The notes: generated by a model from the sequence alone, not told the origin. DNA of 63,053 bases, filler included, from Olpidium bornovanus S191 (GCA_017911155.1; 30 parts of 30 records of this genome joined end to end with filler, not necessarily neighbours in it), one strand, 5' to 3'; positions 1-13,262 are shown, counted from the first letter of the whole stretch. A program made the numbers and translations.

Positions 1-1688
1 CATGGACCAGTTGCAGTGTTTGCCAGAGCCGTTAACGCCCTTGAAGGGTTTTTCGTGGAAAAGGGCCTTCAATTTGTGGCGGTGCGCGGCCCGGTGCAGC
101 ACGTCCACAGTGAGCAGGTTGTGATCGACCGCGATCATCGCCTAAGAGGGAGAAAAACGCACGCGGGTGAACGGTAAAAGCAAAAGTGAAAAAAAAAGGA
201 AAACCGGCAACCTGCGGGGTACGTCTGTCGGAAGGAAACGCCGACCTCTTCAAAAATGGGCGCGATTTCAAACTGCGCCGGTGCGACCCCGTTGTGGCGA
301 GTCTTTACCGGAACCCCGAGTTTCCAAAGCTCAAGCTCCGCTTCAGACATTGCTGATAGCACTCGAGTCGGAATTCGCCCAAAATAGTGATCCTCCATCT
401 GCTGATGCTTTGCCGGCGCGGAGCCTAGAAGAGTGCCGCCGCAGACCTTCAAGTCCGGACGAAGCGCATAAAGATTACGGTCAACCAGGAAGTACTCCTG
501 CTCTGTGCCGAGCGTGGTGAAGACGCGGTGGACGCGCGGCGAAACGCCCTGAGGGACAGGATCCAGGAGGTTTAGCAGCCCGCAGGCCGCCTTGGACAGC
601 GTTTCGCACGATCGGAGAAGCACAGTCTTCTCGTCAAGGGCATCGCCATTGTACGAGATAAACACCGACGGGATGTACAGTATGGAGGTGTTTCCCGGTC
701 CCGGCTGGATGAACATCGGCGAAGTGGTGTCCCAGATAGTGTAGCCGCGGGCTTCGAAGGTGGTGCGCATTCCCCCAGAAGGAAAGAAAGACGCATCCCA
801 TTTGGCCTGAAGCAGTTGACTCCCCGAGAAATTGTCGATCGCAGTCACCTGGGAATTTCAGGGAAACACGGGGAAGGGGGGGTTAGCATTTTTTGCTCCT
901 ACGACCCATTACGTTTATGCGAGAAGGCAAATCCAAGGCAACCCGACAAAACATTGACCGTCAAAACAAAATAAACAAAATAATTAAAAGGAAAACCAAA
1001 AAAAAAAACCAAAAAAAATTTAAAGAGAAAAGAAAAAAAAAATTCCAAAACATCCCCAAAAAATCAAACAAAAAACAGCACACGAAAAACAACAAAAAAG
1101 CAACAAGAAAGCAAAAAGCAACAAGAAAACAAAAAACCAAGAACACCAAGAAACAGCAGAAAAGAAACAAAAAAGAAACAAGAAAGGCAAACGAAAAAAA
1201 AACCAAATTCACAGAAATTTCCCAATTTCCGCCACACACACCTTCTCGCCGCTGGAAATGAAGTGGGACCGCAGGTTCAGGAAGGAATTCTGCTTTTCGG
1301 CGGTCGCGTCGGTCTGGGGCTGGAACCAGTGTGCGTAATGGGTGGCGCCGCGGTCCATCGCCCAGGTGCGCACGGCGTGCGCGACGGCGTCGGCGGTGAC
1401 CTTGTCCAGGGCCTGGCGGCCGCGCATCTGGCGCAGGAACGAGGCGAACACGGGCTTCGGGAGCGCGGCGGCCATCGCTTTCAGAGTGAAGACGTTCCGC
1501 CCAAACAGCTCGGCCGGGGTGCAGAGCTTCCCGTCGGCGTTGGTCGGGTAGTGGATCGACCGCGGGGGACGCTGGACGGTGCCCGCTACGGCATCTAGGC
1601 GAGCTTGGTGGGCCGTTTTTTCTTTTGCTTTGCGAAGCCGAGCTGAAAGAAACGGAGAGCGATTGGAAACCAGAGTCCGATGATTCAT
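1..1688 (-). CDS. Glutamine synthetase type III (GlnN-like), 5' part; 3' truncated at the window/contig edge. Exons about 1688-1242, 848-246, 141-1
   Basis: GSIII motifs FGRNVF..., ATHYAHWFQP, FPSGGMRTTFEARGYTIWD, LGTEQEYFLVD, QQMEDHYFG and, in my translation of 141-1, HEKPFKGVNGSGKHCNWSM. GT-AG introns are in compatible phase. The start codon is uncertain. Confidence 0.93.
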
Positions 1689-2481
1689 CGTTCCGGGTGC
1701 GACCACACGCACGCGCGCACACAGCACGTATCTCTCTATCTGGGTTGGGGGTTGTGCGGGAAAACGGGGGCGCGACTCGCAGAAGCGCGGCGTTCACATC
1801 GAAAAGATCGCTGACGGGGAGATAGAGTGTCGATTCTCTCTATTTTTTACCTCTGTCGCGCTTCGCTCTCGCGGGGTGGGGGGAGTGTGGGGGAAGAGGA
1901 GGTGGGTTGGGGGAACTAACTGCCACTCACCGGGGGCGGAGGGCGGTCTCTCTCTCTGTTCTCTCTGTCTCGCTTCTGTTTCTCACACGCGCGTGCCCGC
2001 GGTTCGTGTTGTTGGGATACCTGGCGGAGGAAGGGGGCGGGCGGGGAATCTCCAAAAAAAAAAAAACCCGCTGAGAGGATCAGGTGGGGAACCCCGGAGC
2101 AGCATCAGAAAGCTGCACCGGCAGGAGCAGCCGCCGCCGCCCCGTGCCCTCTTTTACTTATGCTCATACTCTCTCGCTCTCTCTTTCGGCTGCGCGTGCG
2201 CGAGGTGGCACTGTCTCCTTGCTTGCTCGCTTCCTTGCTTGTGCGTGACCGAAGCGAAAGAAAAAACCTAAGCCTCCCAGTCCCCAAATCTCCCAAACAC
2301 AACGCACGGCCCAGGCAGCAGCTTCCTCTCTTTCTCTCTTCCCCCCCCCCCCCTCGCCTGCATGCTAACACCACAGCGCTTTTTAATGCAGCTCCTGTGC
2401 CTTTCGGGCCAGGACCGGTCCCCAGCCCGGATAAATGCAGAGGGAAAAGCCTTCCCCCCCCCTTTTTTTTTTCTATTCGCC

Positions 2482-2581
2482 NNNNNNNNNNNNNNNNNNN
2501 NNNNNNNNNNNNNNNNNNNNNNNNNTTAATTAATTAANNNNNNNNNNNNNNNNNNNNNNNNNNNNNNNNNNNNNNNNNNNN
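2482..2581. other. Artificial contig linker N~45-TTAATTAATTAA-N~44; the same linker recurs about 29 times through the window
   Basis: An identical palindromic all-frame-stop 12-mer embedded in N runs separates unrelated gene fragments throughout the sequence. Confidence 0.99.
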
Positions 2582-2596
2582 AATGCGTCTTCCACG

Positions 2597-2632
<36 letters not shown>

Positions 2633-2679
2633 ACCCCCTCCCTTCCCGGTTTCCCTCCTCGCCCGCCATGTCGCTTTAC

Positions 2680-2974
2680 CAGCTAAAGCCTTCGGAGCAG
2701 TCTCGCCCTTGGCGCCCTGCAAGGAGCCGGCGCCCTCCGCGCCCGCGAGGTTCTCGCCCGCCCTGGATGCGCCAGACTTCCTCTTCCGCAGCCTCTTCTT
2801 GGGGTCCTTGTCCGCCGCGGCGACGTAGTAGTACGTGAGGCCCGCTGCGACCAGCACGACGGGCACTGTGGCGGCCGCATAGAACTTCCAGTCCTTCTTT
2901 GTCAGGCAGCCGGCCACCCTCGACGCGATACCAGCGCTGCCCGCGCCAACGGCGGGGATCGGCACCCCCGGCAT
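2680..2974 (-). CDS. Tom70-like mitochondrial outer-membrane receptor, first exon (signal anchor plus basic stretch); 3' truncated
   Basis: WKFYAAATVPVVLVAAGLTYYYV hydrophobic anchor followed by KDPKKRLRKRK and a low-complexity linker, then a GTAAAG donor at about 2679. The TPR domains are not in this contig, so the identity is inferred. Confidence 0.55.
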
Positions 2975-3920
2975 CACGGTCGTGTTCTTCGGCGGGCTTC
3001 AAAGGCTGCCCCGCCGCGTTTTGTTTGTTGACGCGGAAACCGGCAGCGGCGACCTTCCCCGCGCTCGACAAGCCCCTTTTGTTGTGCTCCACTAGGCGGT
3101 CACGTGATCCCGAGGCTGGCGAAACGTCAACCTCGCAGGGCACGAGCCCCCTCCCGCCGGCCGACGTATCCGCATCACTGCTTGCCTTTCCGCCGCACAT
3201 CGTAACGCTCTGACGGGTGCGGAGCCGATGGGAAAGAGCACAAAGCGAGCGGCAGACGTTGCGTGCGAGTAAACGATTTCCTTGACGCATTCCGTCGTCA
3301 TACACCAAACGGCGAGCGACCCCGCCTCGTCGAAGGCTCCCATTAGGCCTGCGTTCGCCCGGCGCAGCGTGGCTCCAGCCCGTCGCGTGTCCCGATTCCC
3401 CGCTTAGTCCATGTCGAAGCACCGCGTAAGTTTTCCAGCCGTGCGACATGCCAAGCACGCTGCCACATGCGAAGCCGGGCTCCCACGCAGGTTTCGCGTT
3501 TTCACACGGCAGCGCTCCCCCGTGCCCCGCTGCAGCGTCCCTGCCCAGAAGCGCCAGGAAGGTGCAATGCGGCCCACGTCCTGCCGCCCAATTTGAATTA
3601 ACAATCCCTCTTGCAAACAAACGAAAGGAAGGCGGGGGCAGAGGATGTCTGCGTTATGGCACACTGATGGACACAGCCAGACAGGACCGGGTTACAATCA
3701 ACAGACGGCGCAATTACGGTATGGAGAATTGGTCCAGGGTGAAATCATGACTAGTTGAGGAAATGTTCCGGCACAACCCCCCTACTTGCGATCGTAAACT
3801 ATATCCAAAATTCATCACAAGAAAACCAGTGCAAGTTACAAACATCAGTACCGCAGGGCGTCTCACAGCGGAAATGCTATACGACGAGTTTCGACACAAT
3901 GAATAGTAAGGCCATCCCAT

Positions 3921-5056
<1,136 letters not shown>

Positions 5057-5325
5057 TGCTGCTGCGTTCGCGGTAGGAAAAGGGACGGTGGAAAGGCTTG
5101 AGGTAACGCGTGTGGGCGGGAAAAGCCGTTGCAGGGGAGTTCGGACTGGGGGGTTAGGGCGGTACCGGGGACGGGAAGAGGGCGGAGTAAAAGGCTCCAT
5201 GNNNNNNNNNNNNNNNNNNNNNNNNNNNNNNNNNNNNNNNNNNNNTTAATTAATTAANNNNNNNNNNNNNNNNNNNNNNNNNNNNNNNNNNNNNNNNNNN
5301 NCCCGCCCGCCCGCCCGCCGCAGGA

Positions 5326-6424
5326 ATGGTGCGCACCGTCGTCAACACGCCGAGGCAGACCGCGAGGAGGACGCCCGCAAAAACAACGCCGGGCCGCGCC
5401 GCCAAGAAAACACCAAAGTCCGTGCCGGGGAGCGCGAAACGGCGAGGTAACGGACCCCCCGCCTTCCCGAGTCCTGTTCCCGAGATCGAAGAATCGGCCC
5501 CGGCCGCCCGCTTCCCCCCGTCTCCCGCCGCGCGCTGTCGCCGGCCTGGCCCGCCGACGGACTATGACCTGGTCTGCCTGCGTCCACGCTGTCTGGAGTC
5601 TAAGGGGCTTCAGGCACTTGCTGGCCGCGACGACGACTGTGAAAACGCCGCCCGATATTAAGGCGCCGATCAAGCTGAAGGCTTGCGGATCAGCCGGATG
5701 CTTTGGGCCCATTCCTCCGAAACCCGGATTTTTCTGCAACCGCTCGCGGCTGTTTTAGACCAGACGCGCACTTTCTCATTTGCGGGATGACCGTCTGAAC
5801 CTGTTGCTTGCATCATCCCCAATTAATTAATGCCAACGGCTGGATTTTTGCGCCGCGCAATTACTCGCCAGCTAGCGTAACCGGAACGCCCGGCAAACCG
5901 AGGAGGTACCACCCGGGAACCATCGCACTCCGAGAGATTCGGAAATACCAGAAAACGACAGAACTGCTGGTCCGCAAACTGCCGTTTGCCCGTCTGGTAC
6001 GAAACCTGCCGAGGCGAATATGATGAACGGGTTTGCCGCATGTCCCACCCAGAAGTTCCCTCCGCCGACGACGACAACGCATCGTTTCGCAGGTGAAGGA
6101 AGTCGCCGACGAGATCATCCAGAACGAGTTTCCCACAAACACCGAGCTAATGGGTCTCCGCTGGCAGAGCACAGCCATCCAGGCCCTGCAGGAAGCTGCA
6201 GAGAGTTACATGGTGCACTTATTCGAGGTCTGCCGTTATTTTTGGAAACCTGGTTTTTGTCCGCGATATGAAGCTGCAACGTTTCGTCGTCATACTCACA
6301 AGTTGGGGGGGGGCCACTCCAGGACGCCAACCTTTGCGCAATCCACGCGAAGCGTGTCACCATTCAACAGAAAGACATGCAGCTGGCCCGGCGCATTCGG
6401 GGAATCTGGGGCGGCTTGGGCTGA
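5326..6424 (+). CDS. CSE4: Centromeric histone H3 variant (CenH3/CENP-A/Cse4), about 160 aa, exons 5326-5446, 5872-5996, 6093-6227, 6323-6424
   Basis: Histone fold [33 protein letters not shown]...; extended loop 1 ([14 protein letters not shown]); RWQS in place of H3 RFQS; C-terminus [11 protein letters not shown] typical of fungal CenH3; divergent N-tail. Confidence 0.92.
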
Positions 6425-6624
6425 CCAACTGGATGGCCGGATTTGCATTCTTCACCGTTCGTCCTCTCTCTTCTTACGTACGTATTTCTTGTTGAANNNN
6501 NNNNNNNNNNNNNNNNNNNNNNNNNNNNNNNNNNNNNNNNTTAATTAATTAANNNNNNNNNNNNNNNNNNNNNNNNNNNNNNNNNNNNNNNNNNNNCATG
6601 CGTACTGTCAACAACAACGCATAC

Positions 6625-8148
6625 CATAGCTTTTGAAATCTTCCGCTGCACACGGCGACGTGGAACGTGCGCAGAGAGCGGGTTGTCTGTCTCACTGTCG
6701 ATATCCTCGTACTCTTCCAAATAATCGTCACCCCCCTGGCGCCCCTCCGCACTCGCTCGACGTCCAGCTACGACGTCTAAACGCTGGCGGCGGAAAACGA
6801 ACTGATTCATTTCATTGAAGACCTGCTGGTTTGGTGTTGAGCGAGTAGACCTGGCATTTCGGGGCAAAGGCCCAACTCCCGCCATCTGCAAACGTTTAGA
6901 GCGATCTGCAGCGGCCGAATACTGACCGTCTTGAGCATCCTGGTGCGCAACGTCCGTTAAATCTCGCCAAATGATTCCGCTTTCGCTTTTTCCCTGACTG
7001 CTGGGTTTGTTGGAGTGCGTTACGCCGGGCGAAATGTGGTGCGGAGCAGCGAGCTCCTTCCTCGGTTCGCGCACAGATTCACGACCATTTCTACTCATCT
7101 CATCCAAATCACACGGCGCCCGAAAAATGAGATTGCCGCTCCTGACTTTCTCGTTGCTAGTCCCGCCATGGATGTCCCCACCATCACGGGCCACATCTGG
7201 ATACCTCTTTTCACTGCAGATGAACGCAGAGCTGTCGTCATCAAGTTGGCCATGTCCGCAGCTTCGATCTCCTCCGCTCTCGGGACTGTGTTCCACCCCG
7301 CCACGGGCATTAGGCGCTCGCGGGCTGGGTTCCAATCTCTCCGTGTGTACACGCTCTGCTGTGTCGGTGTAGCTTTTTTCATCAGGAGTTCCATCGCCAT
7401 CGGTAATTTCTCCGCGAATGGTCGATGGCATGGTATCGTCATTGAAGTATCCTTCGGCGTCATAATCACCGCTCATCCGTATACGTGGGTCGTCAGGAAA
7501 ACCTGATGTAACATCCTCCTCTTCCACATTCTGGGACGCGTCAGAGGCATGGATTCCAGCGTCGTAACCGACATACGGGTTGGTTGGAAAAGGGTGCCTA
7601 CTGCTTTCGAAGCTTGCCATCGCTTCGCGACGTTCCTCGGTTGGCATTTGGCTTGCGCTCTCCGCCGAGGAAGACGGGCTGCCGTGCCTCCCTAGCTCGT
7701 AAGTGTTATCGACCATAAATCCGGCCCACTGCTCGCTGAGTTTCCCGCGGCCGTCGCGACGACCTTCCACGTCAAGTGTCATAAGCATAGCGAATATCTC
7801 CAGGAGGTCCATCACCTGGACGATGTCACCGCCTTCGCATATGTCCCAGGCAGACAAATGCGAGAGGTCCTGGAAGAGCACGCGCCGCTCCAAGGTGCGC
7901 AGCACGATCGCCACGTTGCGCACCTTATCCTCCTCAGAAGCGCTGGAGTCTCGTTTAACACCAAGCAGGCGCGTCTCGAACAGGCCCTCAAAAAGGCTGA
8001 CCCACAACGCCGGAGTACAGTCTTCGAAGGAATCCAGGCGAATAGCGATGCCCAAATGTTTAAGTATCTCGTTGGTAGTCGAGACCAAAGCTACCGTTTT
8101 ACCGTTGCGCGAGCCCGAGGAGGTGTAAAAGGGCGTCATTAGCGGCAT
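6625..8148 (-). CDS. CEP95-like (DUF5745, calponin-homology-like N-terminal domain) protein; 3' truncated
   Basis: N-terminus NEILKHLGIAIRLDSFEDCTPALWVSLFEGLF...DLSHLSAWDICEGGDIVQVMDLLEIF resembles the CEP95 N-terminal domain (recalled LSHITGENIVKGD...NLLEIF). It is followed by a long disordered acidic region in one 1.5 kb exon ending at a GTATGC donor. Confidence 0.65.
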
Positions 8149-8652
8149 TTACGCAGGCACGTCTTTGCGAAGGAAGTCCACGGGTGGATTTGGTCGAGGG
8201 CGTTCTCTTTATTTGTTACCTCGCTCCCTCTCCGCCAGAAGCTCCTGGAACGCCGTGTGATCCGCGTCCCCATCCGAGTTATCGGCGTCGACGCGGCCAC
8301 CCGCCATATTTCTCTCCTGTCGGGAGCAGGGAGGCCGCAGACAGCGCGGGGGGGGGGTTGTCAGCTGCCGTTCCCTGTTGGTGTTCCGACGGTCGCGGGT
8401 CGGCGGCGTGCGAGCTCAAACTGCGCGGTGGGTTTGCGTGCCGCCGTGCGTTTGGCGCGGGCGACGCCCGGAGCGTTCCGGCCGCGACGGCGCGGCGCTC
8501 ACGTTTGCAGGACGGCTCCTCCCTCGCCCCCGCCCGCCCGCCGCCTCCTCCGCCTCAAGCGCCGCACGAAATCCCGCCACGTGTGCACGCGTCCACGCCC
8601 GCCGCGCGCCCGTCCCCGGGCCCCCGCGCTTCAGCCTTCCCGCTCTCGCCAA

Positions 8653-10453
8653 ATGGTCGCCGCCGTCGGTGCAGCCACTCGACCTGTGCCGTCCAGGGCG
8701 TCGGCTGCTGTTCCGCTCGCTTTCCGCCTGGCCGCCGCTGCAGCCCCACCAGCACGCAACGCGCCACCGCCGCGCCGCGTTTCTGCACCACCCGCAGCTC
8801 TTTCTGTCTGCTCCACGCCCACCGCCGCGCCGCGGCGCCCGAAGAGTGCGACCCCGCCGTGGAAACCGCCAAACCTGCGCCTCGCCGCCGGGCGCCCTTG
8901 GCCACCACTAGGCCGCGAAGGCCTCTTCGCGCACGGACTTGCAAAGGTCCTTCCTCCGTCAGCTCAGGCGACTGTGGTCCTGTTGGCCGGGTGGAGCTGG
9001 AGAACGGTTTCCCGGCCCCGATTTGCACGATCACCGGGATCGCCGGCAGAAGTAATCGGATCGCACCGTTCAGAGTGGCACATCCGGGGGCTTTATGCGG
9101 GACGTTGCGGCGCCGCGAGGCCGCCAATACGACAGTTCCATGGCTCAGTCATCGAGTGGAGCGACCAGCCGCCTTCTAACCTGCGGTCACCGCAATCAGC
9201 CGAAGCGCCAGTTCAAAAGAACGCCCACGAAACAGATGCGTCTACTGCTTCCGCCAAGCCACCGTCGGCGCCCGTCGTGCGAACAGCTGATTTTGGTACT
9301 GGCCGCGGAAAAGCTTCTGACGTGGACATCATTCGGAACCTCGCACGGTACTTGTGGCCGAAAGACGACCCGGGAGCCAAAGCCCGGGTTTGCGTGGCAC
9401 TTGGGTTATTGTTTGCGGGAAAGGTGAGAAGTGTCCGCACAGGGACTTCTCCGCCAAGGCAGGCTAGGCTGACCCATATTTGCCATCCGCGTGGTTGCAC
9501 CGGAAACTATCAGATTTTGAACGTCCAAGTCCCCTTCCTTTTCAAGCACGTTGTCGACTTTCTCAACGACCATCCGGGAGCAGAGATCTCTTTTGTCTCC
9601 TTTGCTGGCGTGTTACTCTTGGGATGTACGTCGCCCCTCCCTTTCACGAAGGATTAACGGTTGATCAACGATACCCCGTGACGATCCGGCTCTTGGCTGA
9701 CTTGGAGTAGATGGGTCGGCAAGGGTTGGAGTGGCGATTTTTCAGGAGCTCCGCAACGCTGTCTTTGCCAGCGTTGGCCAGAAGGCCATTCGCAGAGTGG
9801 CGATGAACGTGTTTAACCACCTTCACCAGCTCGACCTTTCGTTTCACTTGAACAAGGAGACGGGCTCTTTAACGCGGGCCATCGACCGCGGTACAAAGTA
9901 AGTGACTAGCCCCATTGTGCTTCGTGCCGCGTGCTTATATTATCTAGCTTGCTCAGTGATGATTAAAAAAATTTGTGCCGTCGCTTAACTAACCGTGAAT
10001 GTGCCGGTTCTTTTAGGGGCATCTCGTTTCTCCTTTCATCTATTGTTTTCCACGTCCTTCCGACAGCGTTTGAAATTACCATGGTCTGCAGCATTTTGGT
10101 GAGTTGGTCCCGGAACTTACCAGCGACGGACGCCGCCGAAGTTCTGGATAGTTTTTTGTGCTAATGTTGGTATCGAAATACTCCCTCAAAAACTAGGGCT
10201 ATAAATACGGCGGCCCGTTTGCGGGTGTCACGGCAATCACAATGTGCACATACACTGCGTTTACAGTTTCAGTAACATCTTGGAGGTCGTGCCAGCAAAC
10301 GTCTTTATTGTGTGCCCTGATCTATTTGCAGCAACTCTGACAGACATGACGGTCGCTCGCATTAGAACTAAGTTCCGCAAGCAGATGAACGTCGCTGACA
10401 ATAAAGCTGCGTCGATATCTGTAGAGTCCCTTCTCAATTACGAGACCGTAAAG
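8653..10453 (+). CDS. ATM1: Mitochondrial ABC transporter Atm1/ABCB7, 5' half (multi-exon; 3' truncated)
   Basis: Spliced motifs [14 protein letters not shown]...[104 protein letters not shown]. The start ATG is uncertain. Confidence 0.95.
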
Positions 10454-10831
10454 GTGCGGTCGTTANNNNNNNNNNNNNNNNNNNNNNNNNNNNNNNNNNN
10501 NNNNNNNNNTTAATTAATTAANNNNNNNNNNNNNNNNNNNNNNNNNNNNNNNNNNNNNNNNNNNNACATGCCCAAGAAAAAATAAACAAACTTGAACTTC
10601 AAAATGTGGGCTGCTGGTTTATTCTAAACCACCCCGGAGCGTCACACAACTGTTTGACAGGCCAGCGCTTTGAGTACGATGGAAGGGGGGGGTGGGAGGG
10701 GGAAGGGTTGGAGAGAGTTCCCTCCCTCGACGACCTTTTCCCCTCGTATTCTTTTTTTCTGCATTAAAGCGGTCCACTTTAGAAAGTCGACTTTTTAAAG
10801 CGTCCAGCGCCTTCGAAGCCGTCCCCGCCCT

Positions 10832-11068
10832 CTTAGGCTGCGCCGGTAGCGGCGCGTAGTCGCGCCTCCTCCGCCAGCTTTTTCTGGTTCGCCGCGTTTC
10901 TGCGCCTCATTACTTCAAAGGCGTTTTTTTTTCGATCTTCGCGCTCATCTTGTTATGCTGCTTCGTGCTTAATTCCGTTATCTTCTTGCCGGCCGGCGCC
11001 GCTTTTTTTCCGCTCTTCGAGGCGAAGCTGACCAAGCCTTTTATAAACGAGCCGAAGCCGCGTTTCTG
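10832..11068 (-). CDS. Last exon of a small basic hypothetical protein; probable 1-nt frameshift in an A9 run
   Basis: After a CTGCAG acceptor: KRGFGSFIKGLVSFASKSGKKAAPAGKKITELSTKQHNKMSAKIEK. One extra A extends the frame to KNAFEVMRRRNAANQKKLAEEARLRAATGAA*. Family not recognised. Confidence 0.3.
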
Positions 11069-11648
11069 CAGGACACCGAAGTCTCGCCCGTCGGGAGCCA
11101 CCGACGGTTGCGTCGCTCTCTCGCCTCGCCAACGGGCCCGACTCGCTCGCTCGGACCTGGGGGTTTCGCGGTGGGGCACCGAGTCACGTGACCGCAAGCC
11201 AAGGGGGGAGTGTGTCTGGGAACGGAATATCTGCCTGTCCCGCCGGTCTCGGCCGGTCGGTCGGCGCGGCCGTCCCGCCCCGCCAAGCGAAACGCCACGG
11301 GGATTCCCGGAGCCGACACGCGCCCGCGGGGCGGCGTTTTGTCCACGGAGGAAGAGGAAGAGGGAGAGGGAGGCAGCGGCAGCCGGCCGGAAGAGGAAAG
11401 CCCTCGCGCCGCCGTCTTTACGGCCGAATCGTGTGCGTGGACGCGGAACTCTTCCGGCGCACTCCGAATAACTCGTTTTCTCCGTTCTTACTTCCACAGG
11501 AATTCGCGCCTCTGTTGCGGGCGTGAACCGGCCCTTTTTACGTTTACAACGCCACGCGGATTTCCCCCGCCCCTTTCTTGGTCACCCCCCTCGCGCACGC
11601 CCCGCAACTTCCCGGGCTGGCTGTCGGCGACAAGAAAAAAAAAGGGCC

Positions 11649-13124
11649 ATGGGGTTGACCAAATCTAAGCCGAGGATCTCCAGCCAGGACAGGGCCATCC
11701 TGGACCTCAAAGGCCAGAGGGACAGGTTGCACCAGTACCAGAAGAAGGTAGCGTCTTTAGGAGAGGAGGAGGAGGAGGAGGGCGGGAGAGAGCCGAGAAG
11801 ATTTTAGCATTCGCTTTGGGGCTGCCCGCGCGCTTCGAAACTCTTTCCGATCGGGCGCGCCGAATGTTTTTTTTTCTCCTCTCCTTCGGGTAGCTGCAAA
11901 CCGTCCTTGAAAGGGAAACCAAAGTGGCCCGCGAACAACTCGCGCTGGGGAACAAGAAGCGCGCCCTGTTGGCTCTGAAGAAGAAAAGGTACCAGGAACA
12001 GCTGATCGACAAGACGGCGGCGCAGATGTTGAACCTCGAGGAACTGGTGAGGAAAGGAGCGAAAGGGAGGGCTGTGATGGGGGAGGGCTCGGGATGGGGG
12101 AGGGCTCGGGATCAGACCAAAAGTGGCCTCGCCTGCCGCGAACAAAAATCCCACGACATAATTCTGTCTCCACCCCACCCTTTCTCCCCCAAAATAATAA
12201 TAATAATATTAATAATAACCAACCCCGTCCGTTTGGGGTGATCCCCGCAGGTCAACTCCATAGAGTACGCGCTTGTGGAAAAACAGGTATTCGAGGGACT
12301 CAAGGCGGGAAACGAGGTCCTCGCGGCGCTTCACAAGGAAACGTCCCTCGAGGCGGTACAGAAGCTGATGGACGACACCGCTGATGCGATCGAGTACCAG
12401 CGCGTAAGTGCCGTAACCCCCCTTCCCCTCCTCCCTGTGTGTGTGTGTGCGTGTGTGGTTTTTTTCCCTTCCCCCTGAGTATTTTTTTTATTTGGTATAT
12501 CTCTTCGCGGTCTTCTCTCGTGCAGGAAGTTGACGAGATCATCAGCGGAAAGATCAGCGAAGAGGACGAAGCGGCGGTCCTGGCGGAGCTGGATCAGATC
12601 GAGAAAGAGTCGGTGGGTGCATTGCAACCTCAACTAGCCGGAAATTGCTCGGTGCACGGAGGAGAGCTGCGCTTTGCTGCCTCCGGTCGCCCATATTTTG
12701 AGGCCGCCAAAATTGACGTGGCGCGCCCTCGTCTTTTTTCTCGTCACTTCCCCAGGCGGCCGAAGCCCTCGCAAATTTTCCCGAAGTACCCGAGGGGGGT
12801 CTACCAGAGCGGCCCATCGCAGCAGGTATAGCGGGGGTGGGGGGGGGGGGGGGGGGATTGCGAACCGCCTTTCCGGCCCTCGCGCGCGTTTCTTTTTGTT
12901 TGCCTCTTCGCTTTGTTTACGAGCCCGGCGCTACCCCTGCCTCGAAACGCCATCATGTGTTGGTTTTGGCACGGTCATTTTCTCTCGCAGAGACGTCGGC
13001 GGAAGAGGAAGGGCAAGCGGAGCAGGACGAGGTGGCTGTGGAGGCGGCTGGCGGCGCCGGCCGTCGGCCACGAAAGATGCAGAAAGAAAACGACAGGATC
13101 CGGGTGCCGGCCGTCGTCACGTAA
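11649..13124 (+). CDS. VPS20: ESCRT-III subunit Vps20/CHMP6 (Snf7 family), complete, about 6 exons
   Basis: MGLTKSK (myristoylation-type start) ...ISSQDRAILDLKGQRDRLHQYQKK, KKRALLALKKKRYQEQLIDKT..QMLNLEEL, VNSIEYALVEKQVFEGLKAGNEVL, MDDTADAIEYQREVDEII. Confidence 0.95.
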
Positions 13125-13262
13125 TTCCCGTTTAAAGAAATTTCAAACTTGCTGAACTCATGNNNNNNNNNNNNNNNNNNNNNNNNNNNNNNNNNNNNNN
13201 NNNNNNTTAATTAATTAANNNNNNNNNNNNNNNNNNNNNNNNNNNNNNNNNNNNNNNNNNNN

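Noticed and set aside
893-1261. Lys-rich plus-strand ORF and its Phe-rich antisense
   Set aside because: It is the translation of a low-complexity T-rich intron of the GSIII gene.
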